Below, in pieces: positions 9,516-23,057 of a stretch of 52,450 bases of DNA (its first letter is position 1; the number at the start of each line of letters is the position of its first letter). The DNA is taken from NCBI RefSeq assembly GCF_001194135.2, contig NC_068999.1, positions 28,394,049 to 28,446,498 of the forward strand, given 5' to 3'. This DNA is from Octopus bimaculoides (taxonomy: Eukaryota). The position numbers and the translations under genes were made by a program. The notes under the pieces were generated by a model, which searched no databases, had not been told where the DNA came from, and worked only from the letters and a program-made list of their open reading frames with translations.

Positions 9516-11100
9516 TCTATTTATTAATGAAAATGATTAAACACAATCATGGCTTCCATGATGTCAACACACATACAGAATACACACACATATAACGACT
9601 GTCATGGCATGTAAATCAACACAAACACATACGCTATCTGTGATATATACACACACATAGTCTTTGAACTCTCTGTCACTCTCTAAGAAAAAAAATGTCA
9701 ACTTTTTGACATACACAATATTTTTAAGTCAACGATTTCAAAAATGTAAGCTGTTTGTACAGTAAGTATTTATATTTTAGCTTTCTTTAAACAGACAATA
9801 TTTTGATGTTTTTTTTTTTCAAGTGAATACCATTAAAAAATTATCTTTTGGCATATTTAAAAAATATTTTAAAATGAAAACGACTTTAAAACTACGGTAA
9901 ATATTTCATAAAAGACCCATTTGTAACCTTGGTATGAAATAATTTTTTTTTTTTTCCTTGGATTTTTCGAGTGCATTCAACATATCTCAGATCCAAAGAT
10001 TTGGCTGCTATTTTTAGCATACCCTGCTATACGTAACAGCTGTTTGCAATAAAGGACCCGAAATAACTGTTACGTGGTAGTAGGGTGTGCAAGAAAGAAC
10101 AGCTAAATCTTTCCTTTTCTGGGGAAAGGAACCGTTTATGCATGATTTCGATGTCACATTCGTCAAAAGCATGTGAAATAACCTGGAAAAGAAAAAGAAA
10201 ACCCACAAAACAAAGCTCCGTTGCTGGGAAATTCAGACTTTCCAGGTGACCTAACAGGTCAACACAAACACATATACTATCTCTGACATATACACACACA
10301 TAGTCTTCATGCTCTCTCTTTATCACTCTCTAAGGAAAAAAAAGACATTGACTTTTTGACATACACACACACTGACATAGGTTGTCTCTATTCTTTATTA
10401 CTGAAAACATTATCAATATCAATTGCAGCATGAAAGATGTTTATAAGCCATTTAATAACACACAAAAACCATTAGTTTCACTTCAACATTTAAAGTTAAT
10501 GTGTCAAAATATTTTCTTCACTTAAATTTTAATGTTGAAGTGAAACTAATGGTTTTTGTGTGTTATTCAATGGATTACAAACATCTTCCATGCTGCAATT
10601 GCTTTTGTTTCAGCACACGATCTCAGATCAAGTCACTTGCTATGCAAGTACATCTCCGTAATTATCAATATCCTTTCAGACAATGTATTCATCTTAATAA
10701 TGCTAATACTCTATCAACACAAACACACGTATGCTATCTGTGACATATACACACACAGTCTTTATGCACTCTCTCTCTCTATTGCTCTCTAAGAAAAAAA
10801 GAAAATAACATGGACTTTTTGACATACACACACACTGTCATAGGTCTACCAGAAATGTTGTCATAAAAAGTGTTCTCCTTTAAATAACCAAGAGGTAAAG
10901 TTGTCTCTGTTCTTTATTATGGATCCTTTTAGACAATGTATTCATACTCACAGTTTTCTTCAGACATTAAATTGATTACTATTACGTCCAGAAGTTAGGT
11001 TAAATATATATACATGCATAAGTACCATGAATTCCCATTCTACAAACTGGCAAACAATTCCGTGAATACTTTACCGGGCAACGTTGGGTAGTAAGTCTTG
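9516..11100 (+). mobile_element. Degenerate non-autonomous Helitron-like element with three internal ~110-200 bp repeats
   Basis: 5' TCTATTTATTAATGAAAATG. 3' ACCGGGCAACGTTGGGTAGTAAGTCTTG|T is a decayed version of the hairpin+CTAG end at 2051-2078. The unit TCAACACAAACAC...CTCTCTAAG(A)n...CTTTTTGACATACAC recurs at ~9616, ~10259 and ~10714. Confidence 0.65.
10420..10601. repeat. Fold-back hairpin with ~75-bp arms
   Basis: CACAAAAACCATTAGTTTCACTTCAACATT (10461-10490) is the exact reverse complement of AATGTTGAAGTGAAACTAATGGTTTTTGTG (10531-10560). Pairing extends with few mismatches to CAATTG at 10420 and 10601. Confidence 0.92.
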
Positions 11101-11779
11101 TATATTCTTAATTTTGCACATCTTTTGAGCTAAAAAAACAACTGGTGAAAATATAGTTTTCTAATTAGAGAACATTTTTACATCTTCACAATTTCGTACT
11201 TGTTTAACTTGCATCTTTTGATTTTTTGCCATGTTTACTTTTAACTATCTTGCAACACATGTTGCATTTGCATCATATGCTGTTTGGAAAGGATAATTTA
11301 AAAGAACTGTATAAGGTGAGAAAGGTATAAGAAACTGCATGTTCATAAGAATGTGATATATGGTGCTACATGTTGAGATTGTGTACATGTATCTTAGCAT
11401 TTTGTAGTCCATTTTACCTTACTGGCATGGCATAGATGGACCTCATGGCATAAAGAAATGTAAATAAGATTGAAAAACTCAACACTAAGCAGATCAGCTG
11501 GTCTTACAGTCAGTCACATTTTCAACTATCAAATAAATACTGTTTACAATAAAGGTGATAGCTTGAGATTTGATGGTGGTTGCAATCGTTTCAACCCAGA
11601 CAGTTCTTCGAAGGGTGCTTTTCACCAAGTGTCCAAGACAATTGGTACATTTTCAATCATCACCACCAACAATAGCAAAAATAACTTAAGATGTTAGAGC
11701 TAAGGTAAGTGGATATATTGTGTGTAAAAAGTTTTTCAACCAAACAACTCATACAGTATAAATTTTTCTGGATTGATTA

Positions 11780-12420
11780 CAATTATAGTATGAATTGTGT
11801 AGATATAGTCTTTGCATAGAGTTTAATAGAGTAATAATTGATGTAGACAAGATAGTTGACAGGATAATTAAATACAGTCTTTTAATAGACAATATGATCT
11901 CTGCTTCTGAATTGACAGATGATCGAAAAGGCAAGTTTTATGAAACTCTTGTCTATGTTACCATAGAAATTGGTGGTAGTAATATTTTTGTAATTGTTGA
12001 TGATTTAATGATGATATCATGAAATACTAAGACAGACATATTATCTTGGTATTTTGTATAATGCATACGACCTAACCATTTGCAATACAAACTTCGAAAA
12101 GCTAGCCAGAGAGCCACATTGACATAGGTGTATGGTTTGTGATCAATAAATCTCTCCGCTTGTCATAGATGAGAGAATGGCAAGTTTAAGTCAAGGTTGA
12201 AGTGGAGTTGTCAACAAAAAACAAGTGGGAAAAGGGAGATTTGGAAGATAAACTGTTCTTTTTCCAAACAACACTAGGTGATCCTTATTATGACGAGAAG
12301 GAGAAAATAAAGAATTGCAACATGGAAGACAGCTAAAAGAGAATTTGCTACATGCCACCACTCTGTTTAAGGAGTTACCAGTTTCAACCAGTGAGCAGGC
12401 ATCATGATGGCAAAATAGTG
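11780..12420 (+). mobile_element. Highly decayed RTE LINE fragment (endonuclease region)
   Basis: MISASELTDDRKGKFYETLV and AYDLTICNTNFEK parallel the ISAY...KDxFYDxL and ANDLMICNTNFKK motifs of the better-preserved RTE copies in this window. Confidence 0.55.
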
Positions 12421-12512
12421 TGGGAAGTTTATTAAGGAAATGTAGCTGTTCTATCAAAAATAGTTCATTAATTTAATGATGTAGTCAGAAGTAAGGCATC
12501 TGCACCCTTATA

Positions 12513-13923
12513 TATTTCGTCATCCCATAAATGATGCGTTTTTTTTTATACTTCTTTTCATTTTCAAAATTGAGATTAATAAAGTTCCTTTTTAATCTAA
12601 AATATACTCTCCTTCATTTTCTACAATGCTCTTCCATCTGTCTGGTAGACTTACAAGACTCCTTTTCCAAAATTCACTTGTCCATGACGAAAAATACTCC
12701 TCCTGTACTGTTCTGACCTCTTCTACTGAATTCATATTTTTTCTGTCTGAATTATTTTGAAGACTGCAGAATAAATGATAATCAGATGGGGCAATGTCTG
12801 ATGAATATGGTGGATTGGACATCATTTCCCATTCAAACTGCTCCAGCCTTTGGAATGTCATCCTCACTGTATGTGGCCAAACATTATCCTGATAGAAGAA
12901 CACTTTTCATCTTGAAACCAAAGATAGTCATTTTTCTTGTAGTACTGACTTAAGCCACTCAAGCTGCTCACAGTAGATCTCCTTTGTTACCAATTGGTTT
13001 GGCTTTAAAAATTCAAAGTGGACTAAACCTTTCATATCCCACCAAACAGATAACAACACTTCTTTAGCCTGGGGTGCCAGTGTTTCTCCTTTCCCTGCCC
13101 ACAGCCTTCAGTGCTGAACATTTTTATAGAGAATCCATTTCAGTCCAAAAAGGTTTGTTCGTGAAACATGACAGCAAAGAAGTGCACACATTCACTTCCT
13201 GTGCACAATTAGTCAGAAAGTTTGTGAGGAATCCATTGACCCAATTTGCTGACTTTTCCGATGCCACACAGGTGTCAATGAATGGTTGAATTACGATGGG
13301 ATTTTGTTCCACTAGGTTTTGCAGGATGTCCTCGTCAAGTTCTACAGATCTTCTAGGACAAGGCTCATCTTCTAGGCTGTGGTTTCTGGCTCGGACACTG
13401 GCTTACACTTATTGTCTGATCCCCATATACTGCATTCATATTCTTCACACTTCCTATTGCGTTGTTGCCTTTATTGAACTCATAAAGCGAAATATGCTGA
13501 ATATGCTCCTTTGTCACTTCCAATTGAGAGAAAAAAGAAACATTGAAAAATATAAAACTAGACTAGCACCCACTACACTCTCGGAGTGGTTGGCGTTAGG
13601 AAGGACATCCAGCTGTAGAAACTCTGCCAAATCAGATTGGAGCCTGGTGTAGCCATCTGGTACACCAGTCCTCAGTCAAATCGTCCAACCCATGCTAGCA
13701 TGGAGGGCTGATGTTAAACGATGATGATGATGATTATTAAAGCTTTGAAAAAATAACTGTTAAAATCGAACTGCACTCTTCAAAACTTATACTAAGAATA
13801 AGCACAAGGTAAAATTACTACCTGCTTTTATAGCAAGTTGATGCATGTACTTTATCCTACCCTCCTTCCAACTTTTAGTTCATGCAATTGAAAAGACTGC
13901 ATTATTTATGGGATGACCCAATA
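12513..13923 (-). mobile_element. mariner (DD34D) transposon, decayed, with nested RTE tail
   Basis: TIRs TATTTCGTCATCCCATAAATGATGCG (12513) / GCATTATTTATGGGATGACCCAATA (to 13923). Minus-strand transposase remnant ~13524-12592 has QDNVWPH...PPYSSDIAPSDYHLF with exactly 34 residues between the Asp residues. Confidence 0.9.
13563..13735 (+). mobile_element. RTE 3' tail inserted in the mariner
   Basis: Same AGGAAGG(G/A)CATCCAGCTGTAGAAACTCTGCC...CCCATGCTAGCATGG...(GAT)n tail as 2650-2790. Confidence 0.85.
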
Positions 13924-14879
13924 TTTTGTACGTCCTCTTAGACTGGTAAAATCCGTGTAGTTGATATCCATATTGAACAACTACAAGTTGATGAATGCAA
14001 TAAATATATGGTTAGGAAGAGAAGTTTGCATGGCTGAGGCTCTAAATATGAACAATTGAGAGGAAAAGTGGTCAGTGCAGAGGAGGGAAACAGTATTGGG
14101 TGAAGAGTGGTGAGTCTGCCACAACCCTCTACCAACAGATACCATTATAGCACTGGTAGAAAGAACAGCATGTCTGTGCACACCAAAATTTTTATACAAT
14201 GTCAGAAAGAGCTTCATCAGCTCACACAGTGATGGTTGATCTGACAGGAAGTTTTTAATTCAAGAGACAAATGGGACTGATAGTTGGGACAGCTTATCTT
14301 GAATATTCACATACTGTAGATTGTCAGTTGCTTTGCTGATGTAAAGTGCAACAATTTGTTTTTAGCAAATTCTTCAGTGTGAGTGACAGAGTATGTTTCA
14401 ATTAGATCTGGCTTTACAAACATCATACTAGTAGTTATTGAAGAGTCAAAGACATGGAGAAAATGCTGGAGATGTTGAACATAAGAGCAATTATTAGAAT
14501 ATTGACAGGATCAGAAAGATTCCTTTACTGGGAATGGGACAAATAGATTGAACATTTTCGGTAACAGGAGCTAGCTTTGGGTTTCACTGTTTTAGGGTAA
14601 TAGAACAGTGACCTTGTTTGTCAAAATGACTGAGAGTGTTTTTGCATTTAGTATGTGTGAGTGTATGAAGATGGAAATAGGGAGCCGAAGGACCAACTGC
14701 AATTTAGGAGGTGGAAGAACGTACAAGCTGGGTGCAATGTACAAAGGCATTTTTGGCATTTTGATAGTGGTTTTTGTGCAGTGGTGGGTAAAAGCCATTC
14801 TGTTTGTAGAAAGTGATATTTTTTCCAAATATTGTAGATAATGTTCTTAGTTTTTACTGCTGCAGCACAACTATAAATA

Positions 14880-16020
14880 AACTACTTATATGATTTGGAG
14901 TTGTGAAGAATGTGAAAGGACAAGCCTGTGAAAGAGGTTTCAATAACCTGTTTAGTTATCTGTGATAGGTCAGTGGGGAAGTATTGCCAAAGAAAGCTGG
15001 TGTAGAACTAGCAGGGCTCTGTATGTTAACTGACTTAGTGCCAATAGAATCCATAAATGGTAGTGTTTTGCATAGAGTGTGGATGTATGGTGAGTAACCA
15101 TAATGTGTCAGAAGTATCAGGTTATGTAGGCTCAACATGCCTACATAAGTTTATCAGATAGTGCAGGGGAGTGATATCACTAATGACCAAACTTTGAAAG
15201 TAACTGAAATAAGCCTTGATAATATGCAGTTTGTTGTTGTACCAGGACATGAGTTGCTACATTGCTAGTGATACAAGTGCAAGAGAAGTTCTAAAGAACA
15301 AATAAATCTATTTTGCATTTATTAATCAAAAGAAATCATTTGACAGCATTCATTATTCTGTAGTGTAGTAGATGCTAAGGAAAATGTAGATGAGCCATGT
15401 TTGAGAGTGTATAAGTGTGTGTCTATTAGAATTCTGTTATCTACTCCTTTGTTCATTTTAGTCATTCATTCTGGATACACAATATGGCAGTCTTATAAAG
15501 AATCAGAACTTCAGATGTGATAAACTCATGGAAATAGTTAGCAATGGGAACAACTATAAAATGAACTTCATTAACTGCTTAAGTGGCTTACTAGGAGTAG
15601 TTAATAATTTCTGTTTCCTAGATAATCTAATTAGTGTTGGAAGTGGATATAGTGAAAACTAGAATAAGAAGGATGGAAAAATTTACACAGCCTCTTTTGA
15701 CATCAAAGAGTTTCTGTCTTCATGTGAAAGGTATACAGCATAGTAATGAGACATAAACACTGAATGTAAAAATCTGCAAAGACTTAAAAGAAATGAAGCA
15801 AGCATGTTTCATTTCATGTGTAATGTTTTACTAGCATAAGCACAAATGACCTTAAAATTAAAAAAACTTTAGCAAGATGTGCAGGTGGGAATGTGTGATG
15901 TGAATGGGTGAATAAATAAGTACTGTATGAAGAATTGCTATGTACTGTCAGTGAAATGTATCCAGGATGAGGAAGACTTGAGAAGAAGTATTGAGTTCAG
16001 GTATTGGAATACAGGACATC
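14880..16020 (+). mobile_element. Highly decayed RTE LINE (RT region)
   Basis: Remnants ISLDNMQF, YFAFINQKKSFD and LKRNEASMFHFMCNV correspond to the RTE motifs LDEMQFGF, YLAFVDMEKAFD and ERNEASMLRWMCNV. Confidence 0.55.
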
Positions 16021-16895
16021 ACAAAGTAAATGACAAAATACTGAGATGTTTACAATATTGCATACCCATCTAACCCAAAATGATGTGTGTGCATGCATAT
16101 TTGAACCAGGAAATTTGTTAACCAAGTTAATTTTGAGTTACTCTTATTTCTAAGGTATGTGTGGTAAGTATATCAAGTTGGGAGTAACACATTTTCAATG
16201 CTGTAAGAGAAAGATAAACATTAGCTATCATCAGAATAGATGTGTTAAAGTAAAATAAATTTTAAATTACCAGAGAAACTTAAGAGCAAAAAAAGATTAT
16301 CACATTTTTATGGTTGATGCTTTTCGAACATATCTGTTCTAGTAATGTTTGAAAGGGATACACTCAAATAATGTGTACTCATATCAGCACAAAACCACAG
16401 ATTTGTGGGTTATAATTAATTGAATTAAACCAATATATATCTTACTTTCATTGACCCCCAGATAGAAGTAACTAAAGTCGAACTCGGAACATAAAGGTAT
16501 ATAGCTGAATACCACAAGGCAAATTCTGTAGCATTCTATTGCTTCTTCACTCCCACACCTTAATTACATTAAAAAATATCCAATATTCATACCCTGTTGG
16601 ATATTCTGAAATAGATTTCTTATTTTAAGTAGAACTGGATGTAAACATTTGTTAAGATTAATGTGACTGGAGTGATAAAAAAAAAATACAGAGAGCAACA
16701 ATCATTTATATATTTTAAGCTTTTCACACAATCTAGTGTTTGGACTCAAGTTAATGTCAAAGTGAGGGTTTTTTTTAATTTTCCAGTTTTTATATTCACT
16801 GTGTTCAGATAGTGAAAATATAATCAAATCTTACTTGGAATATATATGTCCTAATTAGTTAATTACAGCTATTTCTTTCTTTTCTGGAATTTCAG

Positions 16896-17004
16896 AACAG
16901 AGAAGTTTCAAAATTTGATTCAGTGCCATCACATGTAACAGAAAGTCATACTAAAGCAAAGTCACCCAGTGGTACCACAAGTTTTGAAGTCTTGGCTCAA
17001 AATG
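16896..17004 (+). CDS. CD2AP/SH3KBP1: CD2AP/SH3KBP1-like internal exon
   Basis: Acceptor TTTCTTTCTTTTCTGGAATTTCAG| and donor G|GTAACA. 109 nt, phase 0 to 1. Encodes NREVSKFDSVPSHVTESHTKAKSPSGTTSFEVLAQN+G; its phase exactly bridges the 9248 and 23148 exons. Confidence 0.7.
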
Positions 17005-19019
17005 GTAACATCACATATTAACTATAAATCAAATTATGTTTTTTACTGCTGTTATAGTATTTATTATTCTACCACTGCTTGTTCTCATGTTTTTCTTTTG
17101 ATTTATGATGAAATGAGTTTTTACGTGTTGACATTTTCTGAGAGGAGGGATTTTCTTGTACCATTCATTTATATAGTTAAACACATCTTTTATCGAGGCT
17201 GATAAATTGAGAAAAAGAAAATAAGCTCAGTCATCCAGAAATACAAAGATGAGACTGCTATTGTGTGTGTCTTTGTAACTATAATAATATGAGGATTATT
17301 CAGTTTCTAGTCGTCCCAATCAGTGCTGAGTCACTACAAGGGAATCTGTCCTATTTGAAAAGTGTACACTTCAGTTCTGTGCACACTTTATTCATTATAA
17401 TCAATTTCACACACAAATGAATTTCTTGGAACCATGAATGAAAGTTCTGTTGATGTCTAAAAAGTAGTCGTGCTTATATACAAGTTGACCACTATTGCCA
17501 GTGTATCTTTCCATACTGTAGTAAAACATGCTTCCAGAAATTTTAAGCAATCTCATTTTTAGTCATTCAGTTTGATTTAATAATTCAGAAAGATTGAAAT
17601 GAACTCCTTTGAATTTAAAATAAAATGTTTAATGTAATAATTAAAAAGAAACTCTTATATTGCACATAAAAAAATCTTTATAGCATAAAAGAGTACTAGA
17701 AAAATAGATATTCAGAGATGAAGCAAAAGGAGTTGGAGAAAATTAAACAAAGATCCCAATGAGAAAGATCCCAATGAGAGCAAAGAAGATGGAAGACAGA
17801 TGAGGAAATGTGATGCAATAAGACTTGGAACAGTGTACTAAATTGCAAATAAAGCTAAAGTTCAGTAAACTGATGGTGGGGTATCAATTTCACTTAAAGT
17901 GACAATAACTAATACTTCAGGAAGGTGATGAGTTATTGATAAGATAAGCAGAAAAATCTTAAATTGTAATTTGCTCCTGGAGAGAAGAAAAAATAAAACC
18001 AAAACCTTAAAGAAGAGAGTAAATAGTTTCAATAAATTATGAATGAATTTTCTTGAGAAAAAATATCTGATCTTTGTTAACAGGCAAGGTGACAGCGATG
18101 GATATGTTTCAGTTTTATTATTATTATTATTATTATTAGCAAATCTACCCATCTACGATGAAGGCATAAAATGAGGGAGGGAAATCATAACAGCAGTATG
18201 TATTGAGAAATGTGTAAATGGACTTGATAGATTACTGGATGATGTCTTTGAGAAATCACATTATTGTTGATGATACAGCATTCTATTGCAGTTATATGAC
18301 ATGTTTGTGACTAAGTGACGTGATAACCATTCACTCCCAACCTCAGTATCATGGATGGTTATCTAGACCACTCCTAATGAAAGCCAGAGCTTCCTTCAAC
18401 CACTACATAAAAAATATTAAGAAAATAATGTTATTTAGATATACTTTTATTTTAGTTGTTTACACTATTTTACGCTAGTTTATACTCTTATACATTCAAA
18501 GTTCACAAATTTCCTTATTTAACTTATGAATCATATTCCTTTCGATGATATCAATATAATTACAAAATTTCTTTGTAGATGATATTTTCTGTTTGGTCGA
18601 CACTAATTTTCAAATTACTGGAGTCCATTGCTCTACTCATAGTAACATATAACTGGCCTTGTGTAAGCATCGGAGTGGGTAAAAATACACCTACACAATT
18701 AAAGTTTAGCCCTGTGCCTTGTTTGCTATGAATGTGCAGGTGGAATCTTTAGGGTTGCAAAAAATCAAACTAAGACTTACCTCTCACTGTTCTATGTGAA
18801 TAATGTCTGGATGTTCTGGTACCATGGGTTATTTTGACTGACAAAACTGAGATGTAAGCAACAGCCTCTTCGATTAGCCATTTCGATTAGACTGACACAC
18901 TTCAATAACCACTAAATAATGACACTATATACTGACACACACTTTTTCCATTTTATTTTTGCTATTGACTGTCCTCACAACCCCCTTCATATCTACAATG
19001 GGGATACAAACTATATGAT

Positions 19020-19575
19020 GAAAATCCAGTTACTCATGGTCGGTGAATTTCTGATAAAAATGTGAAGGTTGTTTATCAATTCAAAAATCAATATCCACGA
19101 AATAATCATACTTCCTGAATTTTTAATGCTAAAAACCTTCCTTAATGACTGTCTTTGTAATCCCAAAAGATATTGTAACCATTGGTCCAGCTATCTGGCT
19201 GTGAAGAAGGAACAGACAAAGAGACGGACATAATGCCCATTATAGTAAAATAGCAAATCTGCCCATCTATGATGGGAAATTAAGAGATAGTATCACAAAT
19301 CTAAATCCTCTAAATTCATGAAATATACCAGAGGAAATTCAAAGTTAATCCTCATCGCCAGAATTTTAACAAAAAAAAAATCAAAGGTGATTTATTAATA
19401 CAAAACTCAATATCCACTAAATAATCAAACTTTATCACATTTTGTTCACTAAACCTCTGCCTGATTACCTTCTTCGTAATCCTGAAAAACATCATGACCA
19501 TTGGTCCAGCCACTTGACTGTGAAGAGAGAACAGACAGATAGACAAACATAATGCCCATTGTAGTAAGATTATTG
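19020..19575 (+). repeat. Two diverged tandem copies of a DINE-1/HINE-like 3' module
   Basis: The unit ...CAATATCCAC(G/T)AAATAATCA...ACCATTGGTCCAGC...CTGTGAAGA...AACAGACA...CATAATGCCCATT(A/G)TAGTAA occurs twice, ending ~19250 and ~19570. Confidence 0.6.
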
Positions 19576-19729
19576 TTATATATATTCACTTGTTTTATAA
19601 GCTGCATTAGAGTGAATATGTGATCCATCATACTGTCTAACACACTTTATAGAACAAGTAAATATATACAGGCTGCCTCTATACATCACTTTCATTAATT
19701 ACGAAAAGGCCTTCAACATGACTGCAAAA

Positions 19730-22150
19730 AATGCATAATCAAGGCTATGCATATCAATACATGATCACCATTGATACCAGTGACATCTATATTCTCATAA
19801 TTTTCACACTTATATTCTTACTAAATTTTGGAGGTTTGTTATTCAGTTTCAGGTGTACTCTAGTGCATATACTGCATATGAAGCTTACATTCTTGGATAG
19901 TCTACCAATGGTTCCATTACATCTCTTCTGTATCCATAGTATACATTGAATACAGCACATGAAGTTTATACTTAGCCCTCTTTTTTTACATATTGAGCAA
20001 GGCCATTTCGCTCAAGGTACCAGGGTCCTGTCTTTCCTATTTACTGAAACCTTAGTCTTTGACAGGTTAACCATAAGGCCTCTCAATTCCAAGTTTAGCT
20101 TCCATGCCTGGAATAACTTTTATAATTTCCTTATAGATTCAGCATATAGGAGTTCCCATAGACAGCCAGTCTTAAACTTTCAGTACTGGCTTGGAGGACT
20201 ATGATGAATAGGAGAGGACTGAGAACTGAACCTTGATGACCTCCTACTATCACAGTGAATTCATCACTGAAGTCATTGCCAACTTGCACTTTACTTGCAG
20301 CATCTTTGTACATCGTCTGTACTGCCCATGCAAGCCAGTCATCTACACCTAGTTTCCTCAGAACCCACGAAATCACTGAATGTGGTTCCCTGTCAAATGC
20401 TTTCTCCAAATCAATGAAAGTCAGGAGTAACAGTTTATTCTTAGTCTAATATTTCTCCTGCAGATACCTCACTAGGAAGATTGCATCTGTGATGCTTCTT
20501 CAGGGCACAAATCCAAACTGCACCTCATCCAGGTTTATTATGTCATTTGGTCTAGAAGTTTAATTTTTCTATAGTTGCTTCTCTCTAAAGCATCACCTCT
20601 GCCCTTGTAGATAACTTAACAACCTGAATGGTAATCTTATATCCTGCTTCTTCAGATATTTGAAGCATCTCTGCAGCTATCCCCGATGGTCCCACAGCTT
20701 TCCCCCTCTTCATATCCTTGATTACTTAATCTACCACACTGCTGTCAACTTGGATCACTGGTTCCTCAGTTGGATCGGCATGGAGTAATTCCTGTTCATC
20801 CCATGTGTTCTCCACATTCAGCAGCCTTTTATTATAGTACCTTCATGCCAACTTCTTTTGCTCTATATCAGTGGTGAGTTTGCCATCATCATTCTGATCA
20901 CACTTCTCACCAATATGATATGATATTCTCTCTCAAACATGGTCTTGCAATTCTGAACACTTCCCACCTATGATCCTCATGTTGCAGGATACCAGCAAAT
21001 CTCTTCATTTCTTGCTTTTAGCCAAGTACATCTGATGCCCAGATGCCCCTCAAGTCATTGTTAGTGCTCCCTACTACCACTATCTTTCCAGTCTATCCAA
21101 ACCTGTCTCTTAGCCTTACCTGCCCTATCAACTTTATCATTCCACTATCATATTACTCTTTGTTTGGCCAGAACATTGCTGTAGCTATATGTCTTATATG
21201 TAACCCTAAGTGGATTATTTTGTAAAAATTTCCAGTTGTCATCTATGCTGCAGGTATCTAAATTTACCTCCCTACATTCATATGCATTACAATTTCTCTA
21301 CACCTATTTCCAATTGCTGAATCTTTTAATTTCCAGACCTTCCTTCACCATGCTGTTTTTCTTTTCTGTGTCTACCTAATCCTGTCACAGAAGTCACTAG
21401 CCACTAACCTATGTTGCAAGGTGCATTCTTCACTAGGAAAAGGTTTGGTATTTACATTTCCTGACAAGAATGTAATCAATCTGATTTTGCTGTATTGGTA
21501 GGTGATGTAGTGATTGGCTGGATTCTCACACCTGTCTCATTTCTCTTGCTGTAACATGTACATCACAAAAACCATCATATCTGTTGAAGTATGCAGCTAC
21601 AATAATGAGGTCACTGTCACTCATTGAGGTAGTCTGCTGAAAGGTCTTAGAAACAATCCTTCTGTTCTTCTAGTAGGCTTGCCTGTGGTGCGTATGCCAA
21701 GTAAATGTTGCTATAGTGTTGCCTATGATTAGCCTTAATTTAATTAGCCTGTCATACACCTTGACTACTTCTGTTACTTTATCAATCCATCTCTCAGCTA
21801 AGAGTACACCTACCCAACTCCTACCATCATTGCCCACTCAGAAGTGTTTGAATTGCTGTATTCTACCCATGAGAAGTTTAGTTGAAGATCCTTTCCATCT
21901 TACCTTTTGCCCACAGCACTTATCCATTTATCTCCACTCCAGCATCTCTGCAATCTCATTATACCTACCCTTCATTCTGCCTATGTTTCAAGTTGCTGCC
22001 CTATTGTTTTGGAATGTGCAGCAGAAGGCCTGTCTTAGCTGTAAAGCTGTTTGGTTCTTTGTTGATCAGAGTCTGACTGCATTTCTACCTGTGAGGAATA
22101 AGAGAAGTTGGGCCATATTTGGCCAGCAGATTAATTTTTCCTTTTATTAG
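19730..22150 (-). mobile_element. RTE-clade LINE, decayed (endonuclease + RT)
   Basis: ORF 20131-20409(-) MEKAFDREPHSVISWVLRKLG...HQGSVLSPLLFIIVLQA is an RTE RT core; endonuclease remnants lie near 21400-21900. Confidence 0.85.
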
Positions 22151-22508
22151 AATTGCCATCATTCATTCATTATTCTGTACATTGCTATATATGTTGCATC
22201 AGGTACCACACAAATATTAACAAACAAATAAAGTCAGAAACTAAAGTAAAAAAAATAGAGCGATTCCAAATGCTCTAATACAGTGATGAATTACTATTAA
22301 ACAACTTAGAACATAGACACAACTAACATAGATCCAGCCAAAAAAAGGGGTTTGTATGGTGCCCATTACTCCATCAGAAACAGCAGCCAAATTTCCCCCA
22401 AGATCCAAGCCCATATTCCTAGAATATTGAAAATAACGAGCACTTGAAGAAGATTAACAGCTATGTGATTAAAACAACCAAGATAAGGACATTAGATCAA
22501 ATATAATA

Positions 22509-22887
22509 CTCTTTTACTTGTTTCAGTCATTTTGACTGCGGCCATGCTGGTGCATCGCCTTTAGTCGAGCAAATCGACCCCAGGACTTATTCTTTGTAAA
22601 CCTAGTATTTATTCTATCTGTCTCTTTTGCCGAACTGCTAAGTTACGGGGGACGTAAACACACCAGCATCGGTTGTCAAGCAATGTTGGGGGGGACAAAC
22701 ATACGCACACACACACACACACACACACATATAAATATATATATATATATATACGCATATATACGACGGGCTTCTTTCAGTTTCCGTCTACTAAATCCAC
22801 TCACAAGGCTTTGGTTGGCCCGAGGCTATAGTAGAAGACACTTACCCAAGGTGCCATGAAGTGAGACTGAACCCAGAATCATGTGGG
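22509..22887 (-). mobile_element. tRNA-derived SINE (octopus OK/OR group), head slightly truncated
   Basis: Minus strand GGTTCAGTCTCACTTCATGGCACCTTGGGTAAGTGTCTTCTACTATAGCCTCGGGCC...GCCTTGTGAGTGGATTTAGTAGACGGAAACTGAAAGAAGCCCGTCG, internal (TA)/(TG) tract and AGTAAAAGAG tail. I recognise this as the abundant octopus SINE. Confidence 0.85.
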
Positions 22888-22892
22888 TAAAT

Positions 22893-23057
22893 AAATTACA
22901 TCAATTTCAGTGTTCAACTGGTACTTATTTTATTGGCCCTGAAAGGATGAAAGGCAAAATTGACTTCAGTGGAACTTGAATGCAGAATATAAAGACAGAC
23001 AAAATGCCACTAACAATTTTGCCCAGTGTGCTAACAATCCTGCCAGCTCACCACCTT
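22893..23057 (-). mobile_element. tRNA-derived SINE (octopus OR-like)
   Basis: Minus strand GGTGAGCTGGCAGGATTGTTAGCACACTGGGCAAAATTG...CTGCATTCAAGTTCCACTGAAGTCAATTTTGCCTTTCATCC; same family as 47459 and 51361. Confidence 0.8.

Noticed and set aside
17200-18850. Possible further old TE fragments
   Set aside because: Too degenerate for me to support any family call by eye.
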